Below are positions 1 to 10,313 of a stretch of 34,121 bases of DNA, piece by piece. Origin of the DNA: Nemertoderma westbladi (taxonomy: Eukaryota > Animalia > Xenacoelomorpha); assembly GCA_032718475.1 (NCBI GenBank), contig JAUCBJ010001649.1, positions 1 through 34,121 on the forward strand, in the 5' to 3' direction. Under the pieces are notes generated by a model, which worked only from the letters and a program-made list of their open reading frames with translations, was not told the origin of the DNA and made no database searches. The translations under genes were made by a program, and so were the position numbers. Numbering within the stretch: the first letter of the stretch is position 1; each line of letters starts with the position of its first letter.

Positions 1-2497
1 AATAAAACTAGTGTGCATGCATAGTAAACAAACGTACTGTAGTATGGTACTATTATACTGAAAGTAGTGTATAAAATATACTAAAAGTATAGTGTACTGT
101 GAATACTATAAAGGTAATATGAGTAAAATATAAATGACCCCATGGTAACCGTACATATTGACTTGTAAATGACAACTTTTTAATTCAATTATTGTTTTCC
201 TACATGTAGCTGCTATCTATCCTGAGGTAACCATATCAATCTTAGTATTAAAATCTACCAGAAAGGTAAACATGTCATCATGGGGTCATTTGATAATAAT
301 ATTAATAACAACAAAATATAACAGTATGTCTCCTTTACAATGCATTATAGTACAGCATATCACACAAAAATAACTCCAGCTTAATCTAGACTTGTAAACC
401 TTACCAAAGGCCGGGATTTTATATTTAATATTATTTTAAATCAGTATTTTTTATTGGAGTTATAATTACTATAAGATAAAGTAAAGGAGACTATCATATA
501 AAACTGTTACACAACACGGCGGCTACCAGATCATAATAATTGGTATATTAATTAGCAGGGTGAGTGGATTATAATATATACGATATTTCTAAAAGTATAC
601 CGTATTGGTACCGGTACCGAAGGCTCCTTTCGATAGCTGCTACCCGAGAGTAATAAGGGTGGGCGCTACTCCTATCCATTTTACTCCCAGCTATTCGTAA
701 AACACGGTACCTACTTACGCAACACGGCTATATTAACAGACCAAACATTTGATAATACAATATTAACTAGGCCAATGTGAGTGCGTAAATAGGATACGGT
801 ATTAAAAATGAGATTATTAAATACTATTATTAAATATTATAAAATTATATAGCGTATATTGGTAGCGATAATTAAAGGAATATGGCGTAAGGCGTAATAT
901 TATAAATGTACTGTTTTACAGCACATAACTTAAATAATTAAAATAAACAATAAATTAATATTAGATTTTAGGTTTATGGAAAAATAGTACGTACTTTTCG
1001 TTCTAAAGACATGAAATTTGAATATCAAGCGATTTTTAGAATTAGGATAACCATTGCGTTCGACGAATTTTTAAATTAATTTGACAAAAGTGTGCCATAT
1101 TTTTATATTTGTAATCCAAAGCCAAAGAATCATTAGATCACAGTTAGTTTAGTAAATAGTTAGTTTAGTAAATAGTCAGTAAGTATAATTGATAACAATT
1201 GAACGTGAACGACTGAGTGTAGAGTGAACTCTAAAAAAATAGTTGAACTCAAAAAAAATAGTAAAATTATAACAAATATGGCAGCAGATTTTAATATGAA
1301 ATATATAGAGGCGCCTGCGTTGCATGAGTCCCCAGCTGGTACGAATAAAAACAATGCGTAATAAGTTTGGTGTACATGTTGAGATAAAGGACATAAAATA
1401 ATAGAGATAAAAGTTAATAACAGACAGAGGCAAATGTCTGATTTACAGGGAGTGCCAAAATAAAGTTACTGTTTTATTTTCACAATTTTGGAGACTAAAA
1501 CCAAAACGAAAATTCAAACTTTGATGTCAAATTTACGTCCATAAAAATAGAGTGATACATTTTTCAGACCCAATAACAGTCTAAGCCAAGGAACAATATT
1601 ATAAAACAATTCCCGAGGCGGGAAAATTCCTACCTGAAAAGAATTGAAAAAATATTATATCCTTGAAAAAGACTGTCTTTATAAAGCAACATACTAACTA
1701 GACTCTATGAGGGGGGTTATCCATATTAAATTATACACCAAACTTATTAATTGCAAAGATATAATATAAATGAACTATTCTAGATAATTAAATAAAAAAT
1801 CTGTGATGGGACTACGTCAATGTAATAGCCCCCAATCACCCCTGACAGCCATCACTATACAATATGTTACCAATTCGCCACCAATTTTATATATTTTGAC
1901 TCATTAAATTCAATCTAGAATGTAGATAATATACAAAAGCATATGTTTTTATTCGTAACAGATTGAACGCTGTAATGTTCGGATTAGAGGAGAAACATGT
2001 GGCAATTCTAAAAAAGGGTGGAGTGAATTTTTTTTTTTGAAATTGATATATCTGAATAGAAAACAAATAAATAGAGTGATTCAGTTGTGATTCAAACCGA
2101 AAGAGTTTGCTTTTTTCATAGGCTACATGTGATAGTGATCTAGTAGTAAACAAATGATTATATCGTTTTTAACTCAAGTTTAATAACTTTGAAAATGAAA
2201 AAATGAAAATTATAAAAGAGTGGAAGATCACCCATGGTGGTAAACTTTTTTTAGGCATTCCCTGTTTTAGTGTAAGCCTAAAAGATTCTCCCATTCAATG
2301 TGAGTAGTTCATAATTATTTATTTTTTGTAAATATGTTACATATTTATTGCAAGTCAAATTTAAATTGCATTGAGCACGGATAAAAAGTGATACAATACG
2401 TTTATTTTTGCATCAATCGTGTGTTTTCTACTTTGTGCAATGAAAAATGGCAATTTTGGAAGCTAAATTACACTAAATTACACTCCACCCTACCTAC

Positions 2498-5400
2498 CTA
2501 CTGTGTTGTCATTTGCACAAGTGTAAGAGTGTCGAACAGTATGTGTAGTAGTGCGTCTTGTGCAAACTGCAGGACTTGGGAACTATTTAGACCATCGTGT
2601 AATGATGATGTAATATAGTTCCTCAAGACCTGCCTGTGTGTAATGTTTTGTGGGTGACGCCCCCCACCTGTAAATCCTGTAATATAAAATAGTACGTACC
2701 ACCTACCCAGAGACCTACAGTAATTAGATTGAACCACCCCCTCGGAATTGTGTTTGCGAAGCTGTTTTTTTAGGTTTTCAGCTTCGCCAATGTAAGTAGT
2801 ACCTGGTTCATCTATGGACTCAAGGCAGTAGACAAATCCCGTAGACGTGTTAGGGATCAGTCTACGATATGGAGGGATGGGGTTATCGGCCGCTAAGTTT
2901 ATTAAATTATCGCGTATGATGGGATCCTTTAGACAATCCCTTTTGTCAATAATGCGGTTGGTGAGAACCGCATAACAAGACGGCACCTTCAATAAGGAAC
3001 GGATTGCCTTAAGGGTCTCATCAAAGTTTCCAACAAACATTAGGTCATCCAAAGTACGGACCCTGGATACCAAAACTAATAATTGTTCCTTGAGCCATAG
3101 ATTCCAAATGTTGTCCCCGTAGTGTTTTCTAGACTTAGGATTTGGTACAAAGCCTATCTGAGTAGCTACTTTGCCACATGTTTCTCCCATAACCCTGTAG
3201 TGAGTCATGGCCGTCACATGAAGTAGGGGCCACTGTTCTCGGTGGGCCTTTTGTTGGTGAATACCTACTTCAATGTCAACAGACACATGTCGACGTAAAG
3301 ATATCAGTGGATAGTGACTGATATTGTTTACGTCGATATGTGTCTCTTGTAGCGGTGCTAGACGGACCATGACTCGTTGTTCCTCCAATGGATCAGTGTC
3401 CACTGGAAGATCCTCAATTACCACCAATTGCCCCTGAGAAAAAGTATGCCCCCCAACTTTCCCATTGTATGTTAATCTCATGATCCCCCCTTTATGGATA
3501 AATAATTCCCTTTTTTCTAGAACATTTTTGGTTAGTGCGTTTGAAACCCTTGGTGATGCAGCCAGCCAGTTATTAATCCCACATTTCATACTATCCATGC
3601 TTGTGTATGTACCCCCCTCCACGCCTGTTTGAGATTTTAATTTTGTGAGGTAGATGTCAGTGGCATGCTCTTCGGCTCTGCGTGTTCCCAAAATTGAGGT
3701 GTACTCAGAAGGAACATCCTCCCACGTTGGTACGATGTGTCTCTCGCACCGTCTACGAAAGATGGAAATAACTGACTCAACCTCCTCGTCGTTCAGCGAC
3801 GGACGTCTCAGTAACTCGAGCAAGTCACGGAGGTCCGAGTCACTTGCTGAACGAACGTATTGGTTGAGTCTTGCTATCCTGAAGGTGGTCATAAAGTGGG
3901 GTGACAGCCAGATGGGAAGTCCCGATATAGGTGGCAACTGTGCAGGGTCGCCGCTGGCGATTAGCAGAGTGCCACCGAACGGAACATCCACATCCTTGAC
4001 CTTTCGGAGGACGTGATCTAGTACGGCAAAATCTTCTGCACTAAACAGGCCGATTTCGTCGACTAGAATCACGTCCACACGCTGCAGGACTGCCATCCCC
4101 ACTTTACTCCTCGCTAGGTTAAGCAGGCTTTCCTCGGCTAACCTGCCTACTAGCTTTTTACCAGCAGCAGTTCCATAGCGCCCCAAACTAAGGAACCGGT
4201 GGTAATGGATTCCACCTAAGACGCGGGATCTCCGGCTGGTGAGGGAAATAAGGGCAACTTTTAAATTCCGGGCTAAGGCATGTGCGCCTGCTGTCAGGAG
4301 TACGTGAGTCTTCCCTGTCCCCGGAGCGCCTACAATAACCGGAGATTCAACAAATCGTGTTGTTGGATCTTTGAGTTTGTCGATAGATTGTTTACAAAGA
4401 TCTAAACAAGCTCGTTGTTCCAATACTGAAGCTTCATTTTGTAATGGACATTGATTTATGACTGCTTCCCAGTCCTGTGGTAAAATGTTACCTGAAACTT
4501 GGCATAAGTTATCATCAGGGAGGTTATAAACCCCCTGTTCCCTGAAACCCTTGATTAAGTTGGAATGACGAGTAAATTCCTGACTTGCCAGGTCAGCTTC
4601 AGCTTCAGCTTGGAACAACGATTCCAACACCAAAGGCATGTTGGTATATTTCAGACCTTCCCCAGCCAAAAAGTGTTTAAGCGTGAAATTTGACATATTG
4701 AATAATTTTTCAAATTGTCTTGTGCTTATGGCTTTGTGCTGCAACTGTTTCATGACGTAATCATGACGGATTTTGAGGGATTCAGCTTCCGTCACATTAC
4801 GCCAATCACCAACAAGTTTAGCACGCTGGAAACTTTCCAACAAATTTTGACAGGAATACAAATCAATTTCATTTGTAAAATGCCCCATTGATAAAAGGAG
4901 ATGTATTATAAATTTTTCGGTCTGAAATGGTGAAACATCTTTATAAACAATCACAACGGGCTTTGTAGATGCCAAATCGACAAAACGTTTCACGTACTCA
5001 ACCCGTTGATTTAGAATTGGTCTGAAGACCTCCGATAAAAGTTCCCCAGCCAAAGGCTCCCTCCGCGAAATTTCATTTAAAAAACTGACAGCAGCCTCAA
5101 CACCAGAAGCCCGAACTTTGACTCGCTGCCCTGTTCCATCAACCCACGGACACTTACCGAGTTCCAGTGGCATAGTGTAGTCGCCACGAAAGGGTTCCAA
5201 TTCAAAACACTTGTGGTAGATACCCAAACCGTCGAATACCCGTAGCTCTGGGGGTCGGAGATTAAATTTTGTTATGGGATCGGCGCGGTAATTACTGGTT
5301 ATGTATTCACCGATGAGCAGAACTTGAGACTCGGTGAATTGCCGATCAGCTGGAAGACCAACACGTTTACTCACCGGAATCAAGGTCTGCCCATCGGCGG

Positions 5401-8400
5401 CCAGTAGTTTGTTGGATTTCTGATCTGGATTTGGGTGGCAGATGCCAGTACGGTAACCTGGGGCTAGTGTGGATATATGTTTAAATTCTACGTTGGTGTT
5501 TACGTATTCTAGCCCCAGGCTGTGCCACATTACCTCGAATTGCGTGATGTTTCGTGACGTGAAGACCCGGTTTACCCCTCCCTTCTTTTGATCTGCCATC
5601 TTCGCCCCAGTAATTTTTTCATGAACTAGGGGTAGCACTTCAGCAGCAACCTTGTCTTTTTGAACCGCTGACTCATTGAAGAGAACCTTGGCTCTCTCCT
5701 CTTTGCCAGCGGCATATTTTAGAAGATAACTAACCTTAAATCGGTTATCACACATTAAAACATTGGTGCACGAGCGGGTAAAAGTGAATAGCCGTGGGAC
5801 TGTTGGAACAAAAAATTCGTCATTAACAGCGGGGTAATGGTGCTTTCCAGCCCGGAAGGAATCACAAAGGACAGTTTGTCCTTCATCACCCGTTGTTGTT
5901 AGTCCAAGATCCTTAAAAATATTCATGGTCTCTTCAGAATATAAATTTTGTCGTTCTACAAATTTAGCTTCCCCACTTTCTGGATATTTCGTATAGCGGC
6001 AAAATGACTTTCCGTTATCGGTGGTGCTCTTTTGACATTTTCGATGATCCTTTTTGCAATTATGAGTTTGTAAGAATTGTAATTCGTCCAAAAATGTGCC
6101 AAAATCGTAAAAATCCTTAACTAGCCCATCCCGCTCTAATGTCTGAAAATCTGTATTAAATTCCTCATGAAATAAGCTCTTGGACTGGCAACAAATACGG
6201 CTTAATGTTTTGTTTGTACTTTCAGGGTATAAACTAAGGCCACAATGTATATGTGGTTTGTTACCAAGGGCATTTTGACCCTGAAATTCGAAACGCCACC
6301 AAATAAATTGAATCGGGCCACAAGGTTGCTGCGGGCTGAGTTCGACCCATTTCATAAGGTAGTTCGCTGAACGATGCCACGCCCGGGCTAGTATCACTGC
6401 GTAGGCTTGAATTAATTCCATTTCCGAATTAGCTGAAACTTGGTATACATTTTTTGCAGCGCGATAAATGGGTGCTACCCCTGGTGTGTGGGAGTCATTG
6501 CAGGTGGCCGTGAGAAATAAATCCCAATCTTTTTCCCCGATTAGTGCTGACAGTTCATTTACCCTCCTCCTGCTCTCATTTTCATCAAATTTTAATTTGT
6601 TCTCCTCAAAAGTGAATTTGTTTTGGCCCTCATTTAAAAATTCCAGCCCCCTTTTGAATACCATTGTTGCCGAATTCTGGTTTAGCTGCTTATTAAGCTT
6701 TAAATCTAAGAAGAAACCTTGGCATTGTTTATTTTGAGCGGTGTGGAGATCCATGTCCCGAAGTTTTATTAAACAATGGTCCTGCAATGATGCGTAACCA
6801 CGAGGTTTCGTATTCCTACCCGAAAATAAAATAGATGGCATGGCCCCCGTAGCTGAACTTGACATATCGCAATGCCAAAAGATCCGCGGATACAATATGG
6901 CTTCCGGGTACAACAACGGCACAGAACCACTGGCACAAATCGAGGTAATGTAATACATTAATTTATTAAAAGTATTAAAAGAGTAGGGAGAAACCCGTCG
7001 ACGCAGTACACCTACTCCCTCATTCAACAAAACATGGAGCTTGGTAGAATCATTACAATCATAGACAGGAATCTGATCACAACGGGCATATAAAGTATCC
7101 CTGTCATCAGCTTCCTCTATGTCCAGTTCATCATATGTCCCAAGCACCAACCTGTCGTCCACAGTATTATCATCATTGGGTTCATCCTCAGAATCAGACG
7201 ACATAAAGCACGCCAACGGATCCTCCCTACCCCCATCCTCAACGTCTGTGTCTGTGTCAGAGTCGTTAACCGCACCCCCCAGAGCTACTCTAGGAATTTG
7301 CCCCACCCGACAATTCCGTATAAGACGAGTTTCAATATTTTCCACACGTGTTTCGATGGGTTTCTTTCGAAGTTCAACACCATGACGTTGGCAAACGGCA
7401 GTTGAACAGTGGATGCCGGAGCTTCCCCCGAATGGACAGCGCCATTTTGATGACTTTTTGTTACATCCAACTATCGCACACGGTACCATGTGGGCATCCT
7501 TTCCTTGGATGAGTAACATCTCAATGTGGTCCCCGCAATACATTTTTTCTTGACCAGCAAATAGTTTTAATTGGCTGGCCTGGTCGAGTTGGACTGGGAT
7601 TTTGCGAACAAAAATGGCAAAACTAAAACATTTGAAGATAGCATTGTGTCTGACATCTAACTCAGTACCTACCCTTTTCCCATTCCTATTCCAAAATTGA
7701 AATTGAGGCCCCCATCTAAAAATGATACCATTCTTGCCTCCCACCAACTGTAAGTAGTATTGCCCATTATCAAATTGTACCTCCTCTACTTGCGTAGTTG
7801 TGACCCCACGAGATTCCGTACTAAAGATCTCAATATTCCCCCCCATCGGTGCATTTAAATTTTCCCGGCATGAAACACCCTCAAAATTACATAATAAAGA
7901 CCTGGCCTTCTGGAACACCCCGTAAGTACTCGGTACATGTAGTTCTGTAAGTGTGTTCTGTATGATCCTGTCCGTCTTAGAACTCAGTTTGTGTCGTGCA
8001 GATGTATGTATGTCGTCAGAAACGTCCTTGAGTAAAGCTCTAGAGACTGAGTTGGTGTCAACTATAGCCTCTAGAGCTCTGTGTGTCGGCGGGGAATGAC
8101 ATAGTACCCTAACTAGAGTTCCTAACAGTGAGTCATCTGTAGTCGTGTCTGTAAATGGCTCAGATCCATACATGTCATTAGGATGAGCCAGTGGCAAACT
8201 GTAGTCAGTGTATTGGTCCCAGCCCCTGTCCCGTTTAGTGTAATTTTGCCACTGGAATAGAGCCTCGTCTGATGGTACTGTAGTCGCCCCCCGTATGCAG
8301 TCGTCAACGTCGTCAGTGTCGTACCTGTAACTCCCGTCCTCTGTCATGGCGTTCACATAGTCCGGTCCGAATTTCTCACGGTTGAGAGTGCACTGGAGAA

Positions 8401-10231
8401 TATCGGGTCTGTTCTCTAGAACGAGACGTTCCGACTTCCCCAGACGCTCATCAACCGCGTGACAATCCGGGTCCGGAACTAGTGAACATGTCGATATTCC
8501 GTGATACCCCCCTACCCCCTTCAGTACATCGTTACTCCAATTAAATTTTCCCTTTTGTCCCCCCCGTACAAAGTGTGGTACTACAGTCGCTGGTGCCAGT
8601 CTGTCTAAGTATTGTAAGCCTATGTCATTCCCGGGGTGTCTCGGTGTGTGTATGTACGTGTGTGTTGCGTCAGTATGGTGTTCACAGAAGGCCACACAGA
8701 GACCCTGTTTAGCAGTTATAACCAGTGAAGGTCTCACGCACCAATCTAGGTGTTGACTGTCGCGTGGCCAATCTGGTCGAATACCCCTCGCCTTGTATTT
8801 ATTGGCCCTAAACCCATTGAATCCAGGAACCCACTTGTGGAGGAAATTGTGGAATGGTTGAACATTACAGCGTTCAATGAACTCATGACAACCCAGGGGA
8901 CATTTGACCACCGGATATGGATAGGAATTTAGTGCATTGACCATCGAACCGTCCATTAATGTACCCATTTTCCGTAAAAACCATTCCCGCTCCAATGTTA
9001 TATCCCTAAAAATTGCCCTATCACCCAAATGTTCCTGCACCTCCTTTGAAAATTGATCCATGACCCCCCACCAAGATTCCCTTAAACTTTCCGGTATAAT
9101 TTTGTAAATCCCTCCATCCCTAGACGTTTTTAACAAATCCCACAGGTACGATGGCCAAGCATTAGCCCACTTTGGGTTACTACTACCTACACCTACACTA
9201 ATGTACCGCCTACATTCCCCACAAACTGTTATTGGCCCCCTCGTTCTGTTCCCCAGTTCCCCATACTTCCTATTTACACGTTCCCCATTATATACCCCCA
9301 AAGCAACCACCATCCCAGAAACACTAGCCCTCATGCAATTACTACACCTATCTACAACCTCCCCAGCATCCACTGCTCCTACAACCGTTACCTCTTCTAC
9401 TACATAAACCCTCCCATTGTCCCGTTCCACCCAGTTTGTATCTAAACCGATTTCCTCCCCTACATACGGTATGTACCCACGAAGTGTTTTGTTCCCTAAT
9501 TTGTACGCCCAATCCTGTTTAAATCCCGTATCGAATACGAACTCACTATTTGGTATACCCCTAGATACCGACTCCAAATCCCTTTGATTTAGCGCATCCC
9601 CAATATTATCCTGATTATATTCCCTATCTACACTACACGGCCTACCTATACCTACTGCTGTATCGGTACCACTACCAACCCTACCTACGGGTTCGCTATC
9701 CATATCCGAATCAAATACTCCCCAAGGTTCATCAGAATGGGGAACCATGGCGATATAATGCGCCTCGTCAGCTCGGTACCCCAGGTGTATTGTAACCCCC
9801 CCTGACCCTATTATAATTTCCCTCCCTGTTCCTGTATTTTGCTCCCATGAATGTATATAAAATGTGAACTCCAATGAATGCGACAAGGCGCGCAATATCG
9901 CATGGCTTCCCCATTCTGAACCGTAACGCAGTTCCTCTATATATTGATCGTACGTTTGATTGGTTCCTAATTCTAAAAATCCCCGATAATGAGGAAATTT
10001 TTGAAAAAAATCAGCCGCCGTGTTGCGCAACTCACCTACACTATATAGTTTACTGGTGGATAGGTAAATTGCAGTTAGAATTGAGGAGAACATGCAGTCT
10101 CCCCCACTCCCGCAGTCCAGTCTGGCAAGGCCCAGTGAGGAGGCCACCTCTTCGATGGTATGGTTAGTTTCTCTATATGAAACACTTGGGAGTTCGATGT
10201 TCCTTCTTGGTATCGAATCTGAAAAATACAT
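2498..10231 (-). CDS. Helitron-like rolling-circle transposase (OTU - Cys/His-rich region - HUH Rep - Pif1-type SF1 helicase - GIY-YIG), 2577 aa uninterrupted; the true N-terminus may be supplied by splicing
   Basis: OTU motifs: GGDCMFSS (Cys46, ~10094), EWGS, HY (His158, ~9758). Rep motifs: LFLTATCN (~6497-6520), RFEFQG..KPHIH (~6242-6295), YLLKY (~5714-5728). Helicase motifs: Walker A GAPGTGKT (~4307-4330), Walker B LVDEIG (~4050-4067), SGDPAQLPPI, LNQYVRS, QLLVLVSRV. C-terminal FVYCLES..TYIGEAENLKKQLRKHN (~2748-2837). Confidence 0.9.
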   Translation of the reverse strand: MYFSDSIPRRNIELPSVSYRETNHTIEEVASSLGLARLDCGSGGDCMFSSILTAIYLSTSKLYSVGELRNTAADFFQKFPHYRGFLELGTNQTYDQYIEELRYGSEWGSHAILRALSHSLEFTFYIHSWEQNTGTGREIIIGSGGVTIHLGYRADEAHYIAMVPHSDEPWGVFDSDMDSEPVGRVGSGTDTAVGIGRPCSVDREYNQDNIGDALNQRDLESVSRGIPNSEFVFDTGFKQDWAYKLGNKTLRGYIPYVGEEIGLDTNWVERDNGRVYVVEEVTVVGAVDAGEVVDRCSNCMRASVSGMVVALGVYNGERVNRKYGELGNRTRGPITVCGECRRYISVGVGSSNPKWANAWPSYLWDLLKTSRDGGIYKIIPESLRESWWGVMDQFSKEVQEHLGDRAIFRDITLEREWFLRKMGTLMDGSMVNALNSYPYPVVKCPLGCHEFIERCNVQPFHNFLHKWVPGFNGFRANKYKARGIRPDWPRDSQHLDWCVRPSLVITAKQGLCVAFCEHHTDATHTYIHTPRHPGNDIGLQYLDRLAPATVVPHFVRGGQKGKFNWSNDVLKGVGGYHGISTCSLVPDPDCHAVDERLGKSERLVLENRPDILQCTLNREKFGPDYVNAMTEDGSYRYDTDDVDDCIRGATTVPSDEALFQWQNYTKRDRGWDQYTDYSLPLAHPNDMYGSEPFTDTTTDDSLLGTLVRVLCHSPPTHRALEAIVDTNSVSRALLKDVSDDIHTSARHKLSSKTDRIIQNTLTELHVPSTYGVFQKARSLLCNFEGVSCRENLNAPMGGNIEIFSTESRGVTTTQVEEVQFDNGQYYLQLVGGKNGIIFRWGPQFQFWNRNGKRVGTELDVRHNAIFKCFSFAIFVRKIPVQLDQASQLKLFAGQEKMYCGDHIEMLLIQGKDAHMVPCAIVGCNKKSSKWRCPFGGSSGIHCSTAVCQRHGVELRKKPIETRVENIETRLIRNCRVGQIPRVALGGAVNDSDTDTDVEDGGREDPLACFMSSDSEDEPNDDNTVDDRLVLGTYDELDIEEADDRDTLYARCDQIPVYDCNDSTKLHVLLNEGVGVLRRRVSPYSFNTFNKLMYYITSICASGSVPLLYPEAILYPRIFWHCDMSSSATGAMPSILFSGRNTKPRGYASLQDHCLIKLRDMDLHTAQNKQCQGFFLDLKLNKQLNQNSATMVFKRGLEFLNEGQNKFTFEENKLKFDENESRRRVNELSALIGEKDWDLFLTATCNDSHTPGVAPIYRAAKNVYQVSANSEMELIQAYAVILARAWHRSANYLMKWVELSPQQPCGPIQFIWWRFEFQGQNALGNKPHIHCGLSLYPESTNKTLSRICCQSKSLFHEEFNTDFQTLERDGLVKDFYDFGTFLDELQFLQTHNCKKDHRKCQKSTTDNGKSFCRYTKYPESGEAKFVERQNLYSEETMNIFKDLGLTTTGDEGQTVLCDSFRAGKHHYPAVNDEFFVPTVPRLFTFTRSCTNVLMCDNRFKVSYLLKYAAGKEERAKVLFNESAVQKDKVAAEVLPLVHEKITGAKMADQKKGGVNRVFTSRNITQFEVMWHSLGLEYVNTNVEFKHISTLAPGYRTGICHPNPDQKSNKLLAADGQTLIPVSKRVGLPADRQFTESQVLLIGEYITSNYRADPITKFNLRPPELRVFDGLGIYHKCFELEPFRGDYTMPLELGKCPWVDGTGQRVKVRASGVEAAVSFLNEISRREPLAGELLSEVFRPILNQRVEYVKRFVDLASTKPVVIVYKDVSPFQTEKFIIHLLLSMGHFTNEIDLYSCQNLLESFQRAKLVGDWRNVTEAESLKIRHDYVMKQLQHKAISTRQFEKLFNMSNFTLKHFLAGEGLKYTNMPLVLESLFQAEAEADLASQEFTRHSNLIKGFREQGVYNLPDDNLCQVSGNILPQDWEAVINQCPLQNEASVLEQRACLDLCKQSIDKLKDPTTRFVESPVIVGAPGTGKTHVLLTAGAHALARNLKVALISLTSRRSRVLGGIHYHRFLSLGRYGTAAGKKLVGRLAEESLLNLARSKVGMAVLQRVDVILVDEIGLFSAEDFAVLDHVLRKVKDVDVPFGGTLLIASGDPAQLPPISGLPIWLSPHFMTTFRIARLNQYVRSASDSDLRDLLELLRRPSLNDEEVESVISIFRRRCERHIVPTWEDVPSEYTSILGTRRAEEHATDIYLTKLKSQTGVEGGTYTSMDSMKCGINNWLAASPRVSNALTKNVLEKRELFIHKGGIMRLTYNGKVGGHTFSQGQLVVIEDLPVDTDPLEEQRVMVRLAPLQETHIDVNNISHYPLISLRRHVSVDIEVGIHQQKAHREQWPLLHVTAMTHYRVMGETCGKVATQIGFVPNPKSRKHYGDNIWNLWLKEQLLVLVSRVRTLDDLMFVGNFDETLKAIRSLLKVPSCYAVLTNRIIDKRDCLKDPIIRDNLINLAADNPIPPYRRLIPNTSTGFVYCLESIDEPGTTYIGEAENLKKQLRKHNSEGVVQSNYCRSLGRWYVLFYITGFTGGGRHPQNITHRQVLRNYITSSLHDGLNSSQVLQFAQDALLHILFDTLTLVQMTTQ

Positions 10232-10313
10232 AACATAATAAAATCAATAGTTCGTTTCGGAAACATTTGAGGGTTCGTTCGATGTTGTTTCATGGGATCG
10301 AATCTGAAAAATA
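10212..10313 (-). promoter_or_regulatory. Duplicated splice acceptor (TATTTTTCAG|ATTCGAT) at the start of the transposase ORF
   Basis: ATCGAATCTGAAAAATA occurs on + at 10212-10228 and 10297-10313 (85 bp apart), with a shorter copy at 10866-10878. The acceptor AG at 10220-10219 is phase 1 in the big ORF. Confidence 0.6.

Noticed and set aside
1-2497. Canonical Helitron 3' end (hairpin plus CTRR)
   Set aside because: Several CTAG sites (e.g. 8-11, ~767, ~1698) and small palindromes exist, but none has a convincing GC-rich hairpin at the right spacing.
1160-2618. Short AT-rich ORFs (64-88 aa)
   Set aside because: Ile/Phe/Tyr-rich translations typical of random AT-rich DNA, with no motifs.
3654-10167. 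Short plus-strand ORFs within the transposase gene
   Set aside because: Antisense shadows of the long minus-strand ORF, with no independent motifs.
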